64,000 nucleotides of DNA, taken from Chloroflexota bacterium. Lineage in GTDB: Bacteria > Chloroflexota > Limnocylindria > Limnocylindrales > CSP1-4. How positions within the stretch are numbered: position 1 is the first letter of the stretch; each line of letters opens with the position of its first letter. The stretch lies in contig CAKKPP010000003.1 of the NCBI GenBank assembly GCA_919901745.1, positions 138,840 through 202,839 on the forward strand, given 5' to 3'. The notes beneath the pieces were generated by a model. The model was given only the letters and a program-made list of their open reading frames with translations. It ran no database searches and was not told where the DNA came from. This document shows positions 56,660 to 64,000 of this stretch, in pieces. Made by a program: the position numbers and the translations under genes.

Positions 56660-57475
56660 ATGGCGCTCCGGCGCCTCCTGCTCGATCTCGGCGGGCGGGT
56701 GCATCGACTGGTCACGGGTGACTACGCGTTGATGCCCACGGGGCTGCGCCACGCGCTCGGCAACACCAGTGCCGCGGCCACACGGTTCCTGTCGCCCAAC
56801 TCGCCGCGCCGCGTCGACCCCGATTCAGGCCGACGCGACACGTTCTTCGAGGCCGCCCATGACCTGGTTGCGATGGCCGCCGCCGCGGAACGGCCGTCAT
56901 TCGGTGACCCGACGCTCCGGCTCGTGGGCCACTACGACGGCACCCCTCCGCAACTCGAAACCCTTCGGATCAAGGACGCGGCCCGCGAGCGGGCGCCGGC
57001 CGGGATGGACACCGCGCTTCTCGCCTACAGCGGAATCTCGGTGAAGATGCTCGTCGATCGCGGCTTCGGTGCCGACCACGTGACGATGTTCACGGTGGAC
57101 TACGACACCCTCCACGTACTCCGGGACCGGCTCACGCCGGATGCGGCGATCGTGCTGTTCGGTGGCCAGGCCAAGGACACGCCGTACCCGGGCTCCACGA
57201 CGGTGAGCACGGTCAACGGCGGTGTCGAGGGGTTGACCCGATCGCTCGTCCACGAGCTCAAGCCGATCCGGGTGAACGTGGTCCACCCGGGGATCGTCGG
57301 CAACAGCCCGTACTGGGAGACACGCCAGGGGGCGCTCGAGGCGACCCTCGCCCGGACCCCCACGGGTCGACTGACGACCATGGATGACATCGTCGATGCG
57401 ACGCTGTTCCTGCTGAAGAACCCGGCGATGAACGGCGTCTATCTCAAGGTGGACGGCGGATTGCACGCGAACTGA
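56660..57475 (+). CDS. Hypothetical protein with SDR-like C-terminal half
   Basis: The C-terminus (…NGGVEGLTRSLVHELKPIRVNVVHPGIVGNSPYW…) resembles SDR substrate/active-site regions, but the N-terminal Rossmann TGxxxGxG is absent. The N-terminus may be cupin-like. Confidence 0.45.
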   Translation: MALRRLLLDLGGRVHRLVTGDYALMPTGLRHALGNTSAAATRFLSPNSPRRVDPDSGRRDTFFEAAHDLVAMAAAAERPSFGDPTLRLVGHYDGTPPQLETLRIKDAARERAPAGMDTALLAYSGISVKMLVDRGFGADHVTMFTVDYDTLHVLRDRLTPDAAIVLFGGQAKDTPYPGSTTVSTVNGGVEGLTRSLVHELKPIRVNVVHPGIVGNSPYWETRQGALEATLARTPTGRLTTMDDIVDATLFLLKNPAMNGVYLKVDGGLHAN

Positions 57476-57505
57476 GGTCGATCCCCTCAGGGATGCCCGG
57501 ATCCA

Positions 57506-58315
57506 CTATCGGGCGGCAGGGACCGTGGGTCCGATGGTTACCACTTCGAGCGGAGACGCCCGTCCGGCAATCTCGATGGTGCGGACCGAGATCGAAGCAT
57601 CAGCGGAGGATCGGCCGGCGGCCTCCCACGTCATCCGGCTCACCACGAGTTCGTCGGGGCCGGCGACAGAGCCGAGGCGCGCTGCCACGTTGACCGGGTG
57701 GCCGAGTGCCGAGAAGTCGAGTTCGTCGCCAGACCCGATCGCACCGACGAACGCGGTGCCGGTGTGAACGCCCGCACCCACCCTGACACCGGCCTCGGCC
57801 AGGTCTGATCCGCGAACGCTGCTCAAGAGCTCCTCGCCCGCCTGGACCGCCCGCATCGCGTGGTTCTCGCCGGCGATGACCGGGATGAACAGGGCCATGA
57901 CCCCATCGCCCAGGTACTTGTCGACGATCCCGCCGTTCGCCTCGATCGCCTTGCCGGCGATCCCGTAGTAGCGCTGCAGCAGGCGCCTGAATTCGGCGGC
58001 CGATGTGCGCTCAGCCAGCGCCGTCGAGCCGCGAATGTCGGCGAACAGGATCGAGAGGTCGATCTCGGCGCCCCCCGGTTCGTCGCGCAGCCCCGTGAAG
58101 CACAGATTGCAAACAAGCGGATTCGTGCCGGAGCGGCCGTGCATGATGGCCCGGGTGAGGAGCGCCCCGGGGCCGTGAAACGGGGCGGCACATACCTTGC
58201 AGCGCGGCGAGGATGGCAGGCGCTTCCACCACCGGCGAAGATGCGGCAGGGCGGGATCCGCCCCGGTCAGAATCCTCCGCCACTGCTCGGTGCGATCCTC
58301 GTCGTGGGTGGTCAC
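57506..58315 (-). CDS. Class III adenylate/guanylate cyclase with N-terminal zinc-ribbon
   Basis: CKVCAAPF...CNLCF, then the cyclase core (…LFADIRGSTAL…, …KYLGDGVMALF…, …VRVGAGVHTGTAFVG…). Start uncertain (GTG at 58315 proposed). Confidence 0.7.
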   Translation of the reverse strand: MTTHDEDRTEQWRRILTGADPALPHLRRWWKRLPSSPRCKVCAAPFHGPGALLTRAIMHGRSGTNPLVCNLCFTGLRDEPGGAEIDLSILFADIRGSTALAERTSAAEFRRLLQRYYGIAGKAIEANGGIVDKYLGDGVMALFIPVIAGENHAMRAVQAGEELLSSVRGSDLAEAGVRVGAGVHTGTAFVGAIGSGDELDFSALGHPVNVAARLGSVAGPDELVVSRMTWEAAGRSSADASISVRTIEIAGRASPLEVVTIGPTVPAAR

Positions 58316-58379
58316 GGCGGCGCGATCGTACTCCCGATCGTGCGACGGCTCGATGTCCGAGATGGTACCGCCCGCTCTA

Positions 58380-59693
58380 TCAGGTCGATGACGACGATTT
58401 CGGGCTGCCAGGGTTGCCCATCCCGACGGGCTCGCCCAGCAGCTCCCCACGATCGCGGATGGCTCGGCCGAGCCACCACCCGGCAACCTGGGACGTCGCA
58501 ATCGCCGTGATGACGAGTGCGCTGAACAGGGACGGAGCGATGATGCCGGCCTCGAACGCCACCGTCGCGAGGACGATCCCCGGACCTCCACGCGCGTTCA
58601 TCGCGATCCCGACGTCTACCGCGTCCCGTGGGGAGATCGCCGCCAGGCGAGACGCCGCGGTGACGAACGAGATGCGGAGCAGAGAGCTGCCGACAAGGAA
58701 GGCCAGCAGCACGGGGAGCGAGAATCCGACGCCCAGGTCGAGCCGGGCACCGACCAGCGCGAAGTACACGGGAATGAACGTGGCGAATCCGATCCGGGAC
58801 ACCGAGTCGAGCGCCCCGGCGAATCGGTCGCGGTGCCGACCGCCGAACCCCCCCACCAGCCCGAAGCCGGCCAGGAACGAGCCGAAGACAACGTTCACCT
58901 CGAGGAGCCCCCCAACGCCGACGTACCCGAACAGCAGCACCATGGCGTACGCGGGGCGAACGCGACGTGCGAGCGTGTCTCCGCAGAAGTCGTGCACCCG
59001 GTCGAGGAGCCTGGGTGCCACAAGGAGGCCGATCACGAGGTAGGCCACCGTGACCGGGATGTGCGTCGCGAGCTCCACTGCAAGCCCGCCGTCGTCACCG
59101 CGCGCGAGCGCCGTCGCCACGGCAAGGGCGCCGAACAGCGCGACGTCCTCGAGCATCGCGGTCCCGAGAATGAGGCTCGCGAATCGCGTATGCAGGATCT
59201 TGAGGTCAAAGAAGATCCGAGAGATCACCGGGATCGACGTCACCGCCGCCGCCGTCGCGATCACCACCAGCAACGCTGCCTCACCGCCGCGCGGACCCTG
59301 GAGGTCGTCGAGCGGCAACACACCCCCGACGCCCAGCGCAATCGCGAACGGCACGGCTGTGCCGAGAGAGAGGATCCACACGGTGGCTCGCCGCTGCTCA
59401 GGCGCGAGCACCCCCCGCACCGCCGCGCCCGACACGAACATCAAGAGCAGCAGTCCCAGCCACGAAGCGAATTCCAGCACCAGGGAGGTCGGATCACCGC
59501 TTCGCCCCAGCAGGGCACTGCCGACCGACGGCGCCACCCGGCCGAGCACGAAGGGGCCGAGCAGCACGCCGGCGAGGATCTCCCCGACGAATCTCGGCTG
59601 CCGGAGTCTGACCGCGCCCCATCCCACGACATGCGCGGCGCCGATGAGCACGGCGAGCGACACGAGGACCTGGGCGATCTGGGGACCCGTCAT
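58380..59693 (-). CDS. Cation:proton antiporter (CPA family, Kef/NhaP-like)
   Basis: 437 aa, about 12 TM helices, typical N-terminus MTGPQIAQVLVSLAVLIGAAHVVG. The track N-terminal 218 aa are antisense to iclR. Confidence 0.8.
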   Translation of the reverse strand: MTGPQIAQVLVSLAVLIGAAHVVGWGAVRLRQPRFVGEILAGVLLGPFVLGRVAPSVGSALLGRSGDPTSLVLEFASWLGLLLLMFVSGAAVRGVLAPEQRRATVWILSLGTAVPFAIALGVGGVLPLDDLQGPRGGEAALLVVIATAAAVTSIPVISRIFFDLKILHTRFASLILGTAMLEDVALFGALAVATALARGDDGGLAVELATHIPVTVAYLVIGLLVAPRLLDRVHDFCGDTLARRVRPAYAMVLLFGYVGVGGLLEVNVVFGSFLAGFGLVGGFGGRHRDRFAGALDSVSRIGFATFIPVYFALVGARLDLGVGFSLPVLLAFLVGSSLLRISFVTAASRLAAISPRDAVDVGIAMNARGGPGIVLATVAFEAGIIAPSLFSALVITAIATSQVAGWWLGRAIRDRGELLGEPVGMGNPGSPKSSSST

Positions 59694-59784
59694 CAGCAAC
59701 CTTGATGGTACGGAAGCGGGACCCGGCGGAGGTGGCGGAACGCGCCGGCCGACGATCGCTCGTCTGCGCCGGAGACCCCCCCGA

Positions 59785-60552
59785 TCAGCGCCCGGTCCCA
59801 GGTGACGACGGCCTGATCGATGCTCCGATCCGCGTCGCCGTGGCGCTGAGCTGCCGCTCGATCTCATCCTCGTTGCCTGGGGCCGGGAATCGATACGTCG
59901 GACCGTGCAGGTGGACCGCCGCGACGACGTTCCCCGCCTGCCCGACGACCGGGGCCGCGACCGACGTGAGGCCCTCGGCGAACTCCTCGCGGACCCAGGC
60001 GTGGCCCTCCCTCCGGACGCGGGCCACGCGCTCCCGGAGCCGAACCGCATCGTCCAGCGTGTGCGGCGTGAACCAGGCCAGCGGACGGGACAGGAAATCG
60101 TCCAGGGCATCCCGCGCCATATGGGCGAGGAACACCTGTCCGGACGACACGGCGTGCATCGGTACGCGGGTGCCCGTCCAATCCCGGACCTGGACCTCGT
60201 GGCGCGAGTCGACCTGGTCGACGTAGTGGACGACATCGCCGTCCGGCACCGACAGTCCGGCCGCCTCGCCAGTGGACGCTGCCAGCTCCACGAGATGCGG
60301 CCGGGCGATCGAGATGAGATTGCGGGTGGGCTCCACGGCACGGCCAAGCATGGCGATCCGGGCGCCGAGCCGGTAGCGCGCGTCGTCGTCGAGCTGCTCG
60401 ACGGCTCCCTCTCGGACGAGCGTTGTGAGCATGCGCGCGGCCGTGCTCTTGGGCAGGCCGACCCGCTCGGCGACCTCGGTCACGCCTCGCGGACCGTCCT
60501 CGAGCGCGCCGAGAACGGCGAAGGCGCGGGCGATGGATTGGACTCTGGACAT
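59785..60552 (-). CDS. IclR family transcriptional regulator
   Basis: N-terminal wHTH (VQSIARAFAVLGAL...GVTEVAERVGLPKSTAARMLTTL) plus an effector-binding domain. Confidence 0.85.
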   Translation of the reverse strand: MSRVQSIARAFAVLGALEDGPRGVTEVAERVGLPKSTAARMLTTLVREGAVEQLDDDARYRLGARIAMLGRAVEPTRNLISIARPHLVELAASTGEAAGLSVPDGDVVHYVDQVDSRHEVQVRDWTGTRVPMHAVSSGQVFLAHMARDALDDFLSRPLAWFTPHTLDDAVRLRERVARVRREGHAWVREEFAEGLTSVAAPVVGQAGNVVAAVHLHGPTYRFPAPGNEDEIERQLSATATRIGASIRPSSPGTGR

Positions 60553-60602
60553 GGCCCCTTCCGTCGGCTAGATTCGCACTTGCCGTTCCATCATACGGCA
60601 CC

Positions 60603-60619
60603 GTTCCACATCGTGGAAC
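60603..60619. promoter_or_regulatory. Perfect palindrome GTTCCAC-atc-GTGGAAC with flanking CCGTTCCA direct repeat; candidate operator
   Basis: Lies in the 124-bp divergent region between iclR and the corrinoid-protein gene. Confidence 0.4.
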
Positions 60620-60676
60620 CCAGGAGCACGACGAACTGCGGCGAGGCCGCAAGACGGCAAGGCGGAGCACATACCG

Positions 60677-61378
60677 ATGAACCAGGAGCAGTACGAGGAC
60701 ATCGACCTCTCGGCGCTCACCGATGAAGAGCTCACCGAGCAGATGCACAACGACCTCTACGACGGGATGAAGGACGAGATCCTCGCGGGGACCAACATCC
60801 TGTTGTCGCGCGGGTGGGGTCCTGAACGAGTCCTCAACCACGCCCTCGTCGAGGGGATGCGCATCGTCGGGATCGACTTCCGCGACGGGATCCTGTTCGT
60901 TCCCGAGGTCCTGCTCGCGGCCAACGCGATGAAGGGCGGCATGGGCATCCTCCGCCCGCTCCTCGCGGAAACGGGGGCCAAGCCGGTCGGCAAGGTCGTC
61001 ATCGGCACGGTCAAGGGGGACATCCACGACATCGGCAAGAACCTCGTGGCGATGATGCTCGAGGGCGCCGGATTCGAGGTGGTCGATCTCGGGATCAACA
61101 CCGACGCCGACAAGTTCATGGCCGCCCTGGCCGAACACAAGCCCGACATCCTCGGGATGTCGGCGCTGCTGACGACGACGATGCCGTACATGAAGGTCGT
61201 CATCAACACCCTCAAGGAGAACGGCATCCGGGACGACTTCATCGTCCTCGTGGGTGGGGCGCCGCTGAACGAGGAGTTCGGGACGGCGATCGGCGCCGAC
61301 GCCTACTGTCGCGATGCAGCGGTCGCGGCCGAGACCGCCAGGACGCTGGTCAACGAGCGACGTGCTCGCGTCGCCTGA
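60677..61378 (+). CDS. Corrinoid (B12-binding) protein of a methyltransferase system (MtgC/MtbC-like)
   Basis: B12-binding helical cap plus Rossmann domain with DxHxxG (GDIHDIGKN) and …SALLTTTM… motifs. Confidence 0.8.
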   Translation: MNQEQYEDIDLSALTDEELTEQMHNDLYDGMKDEILAGTNILLSRGWGPERVLNHALVEGMRIVGIDFRDGILFVPEVLLAANAMKGGMGILRPLLAETGAKPVGKVVIGTVKGDIHDIGKNLVAMMLEGAGFEVVDLGINTDADKFMAALAEHKPDILGMSALLTTTMPYMKVVINTLKENGIRDDFIVLVGGAPLNEEFGTAIGADAYCRDAAVAAETARTLVNERRARVA

Positions 61379-62051
61379 CGTCTCCGCTGTCCGTCGCGGC
61401 GCGGTGCCGGTCGATATCGGCCGCCCGCTCGTCATCGGCTGCGGCGCGCTCGCGCGCGAGCTCGTGGCGTTGACTCGGCGCGCCGGTGTCCCCGAGATGG
61501 ACCTGACCTGCCTACCCACGACGCTCCACAACCGCCCCGAGCGGATCCCGGCCGCAGTCAGGGCCCGCATCCGACGTGCGCGCGCCGAGGGGCGGCAGCA
61601 CGTGTTCGTTGCATACGCCGATTGCGGAACGGGCGGCCTGCTCGACCGCGTGCTCGAGGACGAGGGTGTCGAGCGGCTCGAGGGCGCCCATTGCTACGAG
61701 GTCTACGCCGGCCCGGCCGCCTTCGCGGCGATGGCCGAGGAGGAGCTCGGGACCTTCTACCTCACCGACTTCCTGGTTCGGAACTTCGATCGTCTGGTCG
61801 TCCGCGGCCTGGGCCTGGATCGGCATCCCGAGCTGCTCCCGATGTACTTCGGCAACTACCGCCGGCTCGTGTACCTCTCGCAGGTCGAGGATCGCGCGCT
61901 GGTTGCGGCTGGGCGTCGCGCCGCACGCCGCCTGGGCCTGATCTTTGAGCATCGGCACACCGGGCTCGGGGCGTTCGCGGCCTCCCTCTCGCAGCCCGCG
62001 GCCGCAGCGTCAGAACCCGCGGCCGCAGCCCCCGGGGCGGTCTCGCTATGA
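61362..62051 (+). CDS. DUF1638 domain protein
   Basis: Sequence pattern (…VIGCGAL…, …AYADCGTGG…, …NFDRLVVRGL…) is consistent with DUF1638, which I recall accompanying corrinoid methyltransferase genes. Start uncertain (GTG 61362 or 61404). Confidence 0.55.
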   Translation: MLASPDVSAVRRGAVPVDIGRPLVIGCGALARELVALTRRAGVPEMDLTCLPTTLHNRPERIPAAVRARIRRARAEGRQHVFVAYADCGTGGLLDRVLEDEGVERLEGAHCYEVYAGPAAFAAMAEEELGTFYLTDFLVRNFDRLVVRGLGLDRHPELLPMYFGNYRRLVYLSQVEDRALVAAGRRAARRLGLIFEHRHTGLGAFAASLSQPAAAASEPAAAAPGAVSL

Positions 62052-62392
62052 CCGCGTTCATCACCGTCATCTGGTGGCGCGACATCCCCGCGCAGGTCGT
62101 GGCGAAGGACAAGCGGCGCTCGGCGAAGGTCGTCCTCCATCCCCGTTTCCAGGTGGCCATCGACAAGGCGGCCGATACGGCAGGCCTCCGTTCCTACGAC
62201 GTCTACCTCGAGGAATGGCGCAAGGAGCAGCGCCCGTGCGGCGACGATCTCGCGGCGGAGGCCGAGGCCGAGGCGACCCGACTCGAGAACGACTTCCCGC
62301 AGCCGCGCCTCAAGACGATCATCGCCGCCGGCGGCCTCGACGCAACCCGGGGGCGCGTTCCCGCACCTCCGCGCATGGCGGATGAGGCATGA
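62048..62392 (+). CDS. Small hypothetical protein, overlapping both neighbours
   Basis: 114 aa; MTAFITVIWWRDIPAQVVAKDKR...; translationally coupled on both sides. Confidence 0.5.
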   Translation: MTAFITVIWWRDIPAQVVAKDKRRSAKVVLHPRFQVAIDKAADTAGLRSYDVYLEEWRKEQRPCGDDLAAEAEAEATRLENDFPQPRLKTIIAAGGLDATRGRVPAPPRMADEA

Positions 62393-63312
62393 CGGAGACC
62401 CGTCTCAGCTCGCCGACGCGCGAGGTTGTCATCGGCCCGGATCGGCCGTTCGTGCTCATCGGCGAGCGGATCAACCCGACGGGGCGGAAACTGCTCGCTG
62501 CGGAGATGAAGGCCGGCGACTTCAGCCGGGTCGAGCGCGATGCGATCGCCCAGGTCGCGGCCGGCGCGCACATGCTCGACATCAACGCCGGCATCCCGCT
62601 GGCGGACGAGCCGGCGATCCTTGCGAAGACGATCCAGCTCGTCCAGTCGCTTGTCGACGTCCCGCTCTCGATCGACTCGTCGATCGTTGAAGCGCTCGAG
62701 GCCGGACTCGCCGTCTACCAGGGCAAGCCGCTGGTGAACAGCGTGACCGGCGAGGAAGAGCGTCTCGAGCGCGTCTTGCCGTTGATCAGGAAGTACGGCG
62801 CGGCCGTTGTCGCGATCTCGAATGACGACACGGGCATCTCCGAGGATCCGGACGTCCGCTTCGCCGTCGCGAAGCGCATCGTCGAGCGGGCCGCGGACCA
62901 CGGCATCCCGCGCGAGGACATCGTCGTCGACCCGCTCGTCATGCCGATCGGGGCATTGCGCGGGGCCGGCCGACAGGTCTTTCACATCGTTCGTCGGCTC
63001 CGCGACGAGCTGAAGGTGAACTCGACCTGCGGGGCATCGAACGTCAGCTTCGGGCTGCCGAACCGCGAGGGGATCAACGGCCCGTTCCTGGCGATGGCGA
63101 TGGCGTCGGGCCTGACCTCGGCGATCACGAGTCCGCTCATGCCCGAGGTGCTGCGGGCGATCATGGCCGCCGACGTCCTCAACGGGAACGACCCGGATGC
63201 CGCACGCTGGATCCGGGCCCACCGCGAGCCGCCGGTCGAAGGAGTTCAGGGTCGCCGCGTCAATCGACGGGCTCGTGGCGGAGCGGCAAGCCCACCCGCG
63301 GAGACCGGCTGA
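62389..63312 (+). CDS. Pterin-binding methyltransferase (methylcorrinoid:tetrahydrofolate methyltransferase, MtgA/MtrH/AcsE-like)
   Basis: DHPS-like TIM barrel. FVLIGERINPTG..., NSVTGEE, ...LMPIGALRG..., ...NVSFGLPNR... are typical of the pterin-binding domain. Confidence 0.75.
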   Translation: MTETRLSSPTREVVIGPDRPFVLIGERINPTGRKLLAAEMKAGDFSRVERDAIAQVAAGAHMLDINAGIPLADEPAILAKTIQLVQSLVDVPLSIDSSIVEALEAGLAVYQGKPLVNSVTGEEERLERVLPLIRKYGAAVVAISNDDTGISEDPDVRFAVAKRIVERAADHGIPREDIVVDPLVMPIGALRGAGRQVFHIVRRLRDELKVNSTCGASNVSFGLPNREGINGPFLAMAMASGLTSAITSPLMPEVLRAIMAADVLNGNDPDAARWIRAHREPPVEGVQGRRVNRRARGGAASPPAETG

Positions 63313-64000
63313 CCCGTCCGCTCCAGGCGGATCTGGGATCCGGCTCGTCGTTCCTCCATGACGACGTCGTCAAGAAGATCGGCGACGACTACGCGATGCT
63401 CCTGTCCTACTGGGACGGCGGCTACGTCACCCTGAACGTCAACGACCCGGCGAACAGGGTCTACGTCGGCGACACGGACTCACGAATCGGGATCCCGAAC
63501 TGTTCGAGTCTACCGGCGCATCATTGCCGCCAGAGGGCAACGGCCACGAGGCCGAGTTCTCGAAAGGCAACCCGCGAATTGCCTCAGCGGCCCCAAACCT
63601 CCGCTCCCGGCGGTCGGAGACGCGGGTCTTCCGATTCCATCTCCGTCGGGTTCGACGGTCGGGGATACGTCCACCTCCTACGAGAACGAGTCGGGCAAGA
63701 TGACCGAGCTCGACACCTATGCGATCCCGGAAGCCCACGACGTCACCAAGGCCTCCGGCTTCGGCGACCCTTGGGTCCATGAGGTTGCGATGTCGGCGGT
63801 CGACAACACGCTCGCCTACTGGGAGAGGATTAGAAGCGGTCCGCCCGCGTCGGATCCCGTGGTGCAGGCACCGGAAACGGCGTCTCCGTCCCGGGCAACC
63901 ACCATCCCTCGCCCGTCGAGCACTTCGAGACGCGGGTTGAAGCGCGCTACGAAACCGAACGGGAAAACGACGTCGACCCGGCCGCTGGGTGTCGTGATCC

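Noticed and set aside
58380-60347. N-terminal 218 aa of the 655-aa track ORF
   Set aside because: Antisense to iclR; the antiporter begins at MTGPQIAQVLV (59693).
63313-63500. Protein-like plus-frame read-through after the pterin-binding MTase (LHDDVVKKIGDDYAMLLSYWDGGYV...)
   Set aside because: The frame is open back into the upstream gene with no ATG/GTG/TTG start for several hundred nt; probably chance or a remnant. Left as an observation only.
1-64000. Search for tRNA/rRNA/tmRNA-like sequences
   Set aside because: No segment with the conserved T-loop GTTCGAATC-type motif and CCA context or rRNA-like conservation was seen; the window is almost entirely protein-coding.

Overview
High-GC (~70%) bacterial chromosomal segment. 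Gene content looks actinobacterial: MMPL transporter, DsbA-VKOR pair, LexA with a Cheo-type SOS box, Zur-ZIP. It is densely coding with about 70 protein genes on both strands. I found no rRNA, tRNA or CRISPR array. Left half: a STAND/MalT-like ATPase regulator that runs off the left edge, dodecin, dnaB, lexA plus SOS box, a CoA-transferase, a FabI-like reductase, zur-ZIP, DsbA-VKOR, NirK-type copper nitrite reductase, an MMPL/AttH pair, and a J-domain plus beta-helix gene pair. A lower-GC accessory segment (about 22.4-27.2 kb) carries unknown genes, an IS256-family element, a methyltransferase gene split into N- and C-terminal remnants, and an HTH plus nucleotidyltransferase (AbiE-like) two-gene module lying between the remnants. 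Right half: lysine 2,3-aminomutase, pabB-pabC, a PduO-type B12 adenosyltransferase, a BI-1 family protein, a PotABCD-like ABC importer, proVWX, a betaine-aldehyde-dehydrogenase-like ALDH, a dimethylglycine-dehydrogenase-like enzyme with EtfBA, and a corrinoid-dependent methyltransferase module (corrinoid protein, DUF1638, pterin-binding MTase) next to an IclR regulator. The ORF track omits ORFs that run off the window edges; I recovered the left-edge gene by hand translation. Many long arginine-rich ORFs in the track are antisense artefacts of high GC, and several track ORFs have spurious N-terminal extensions. Nothing here was checked against a database; all calls are from motifs I recognise in the translations.
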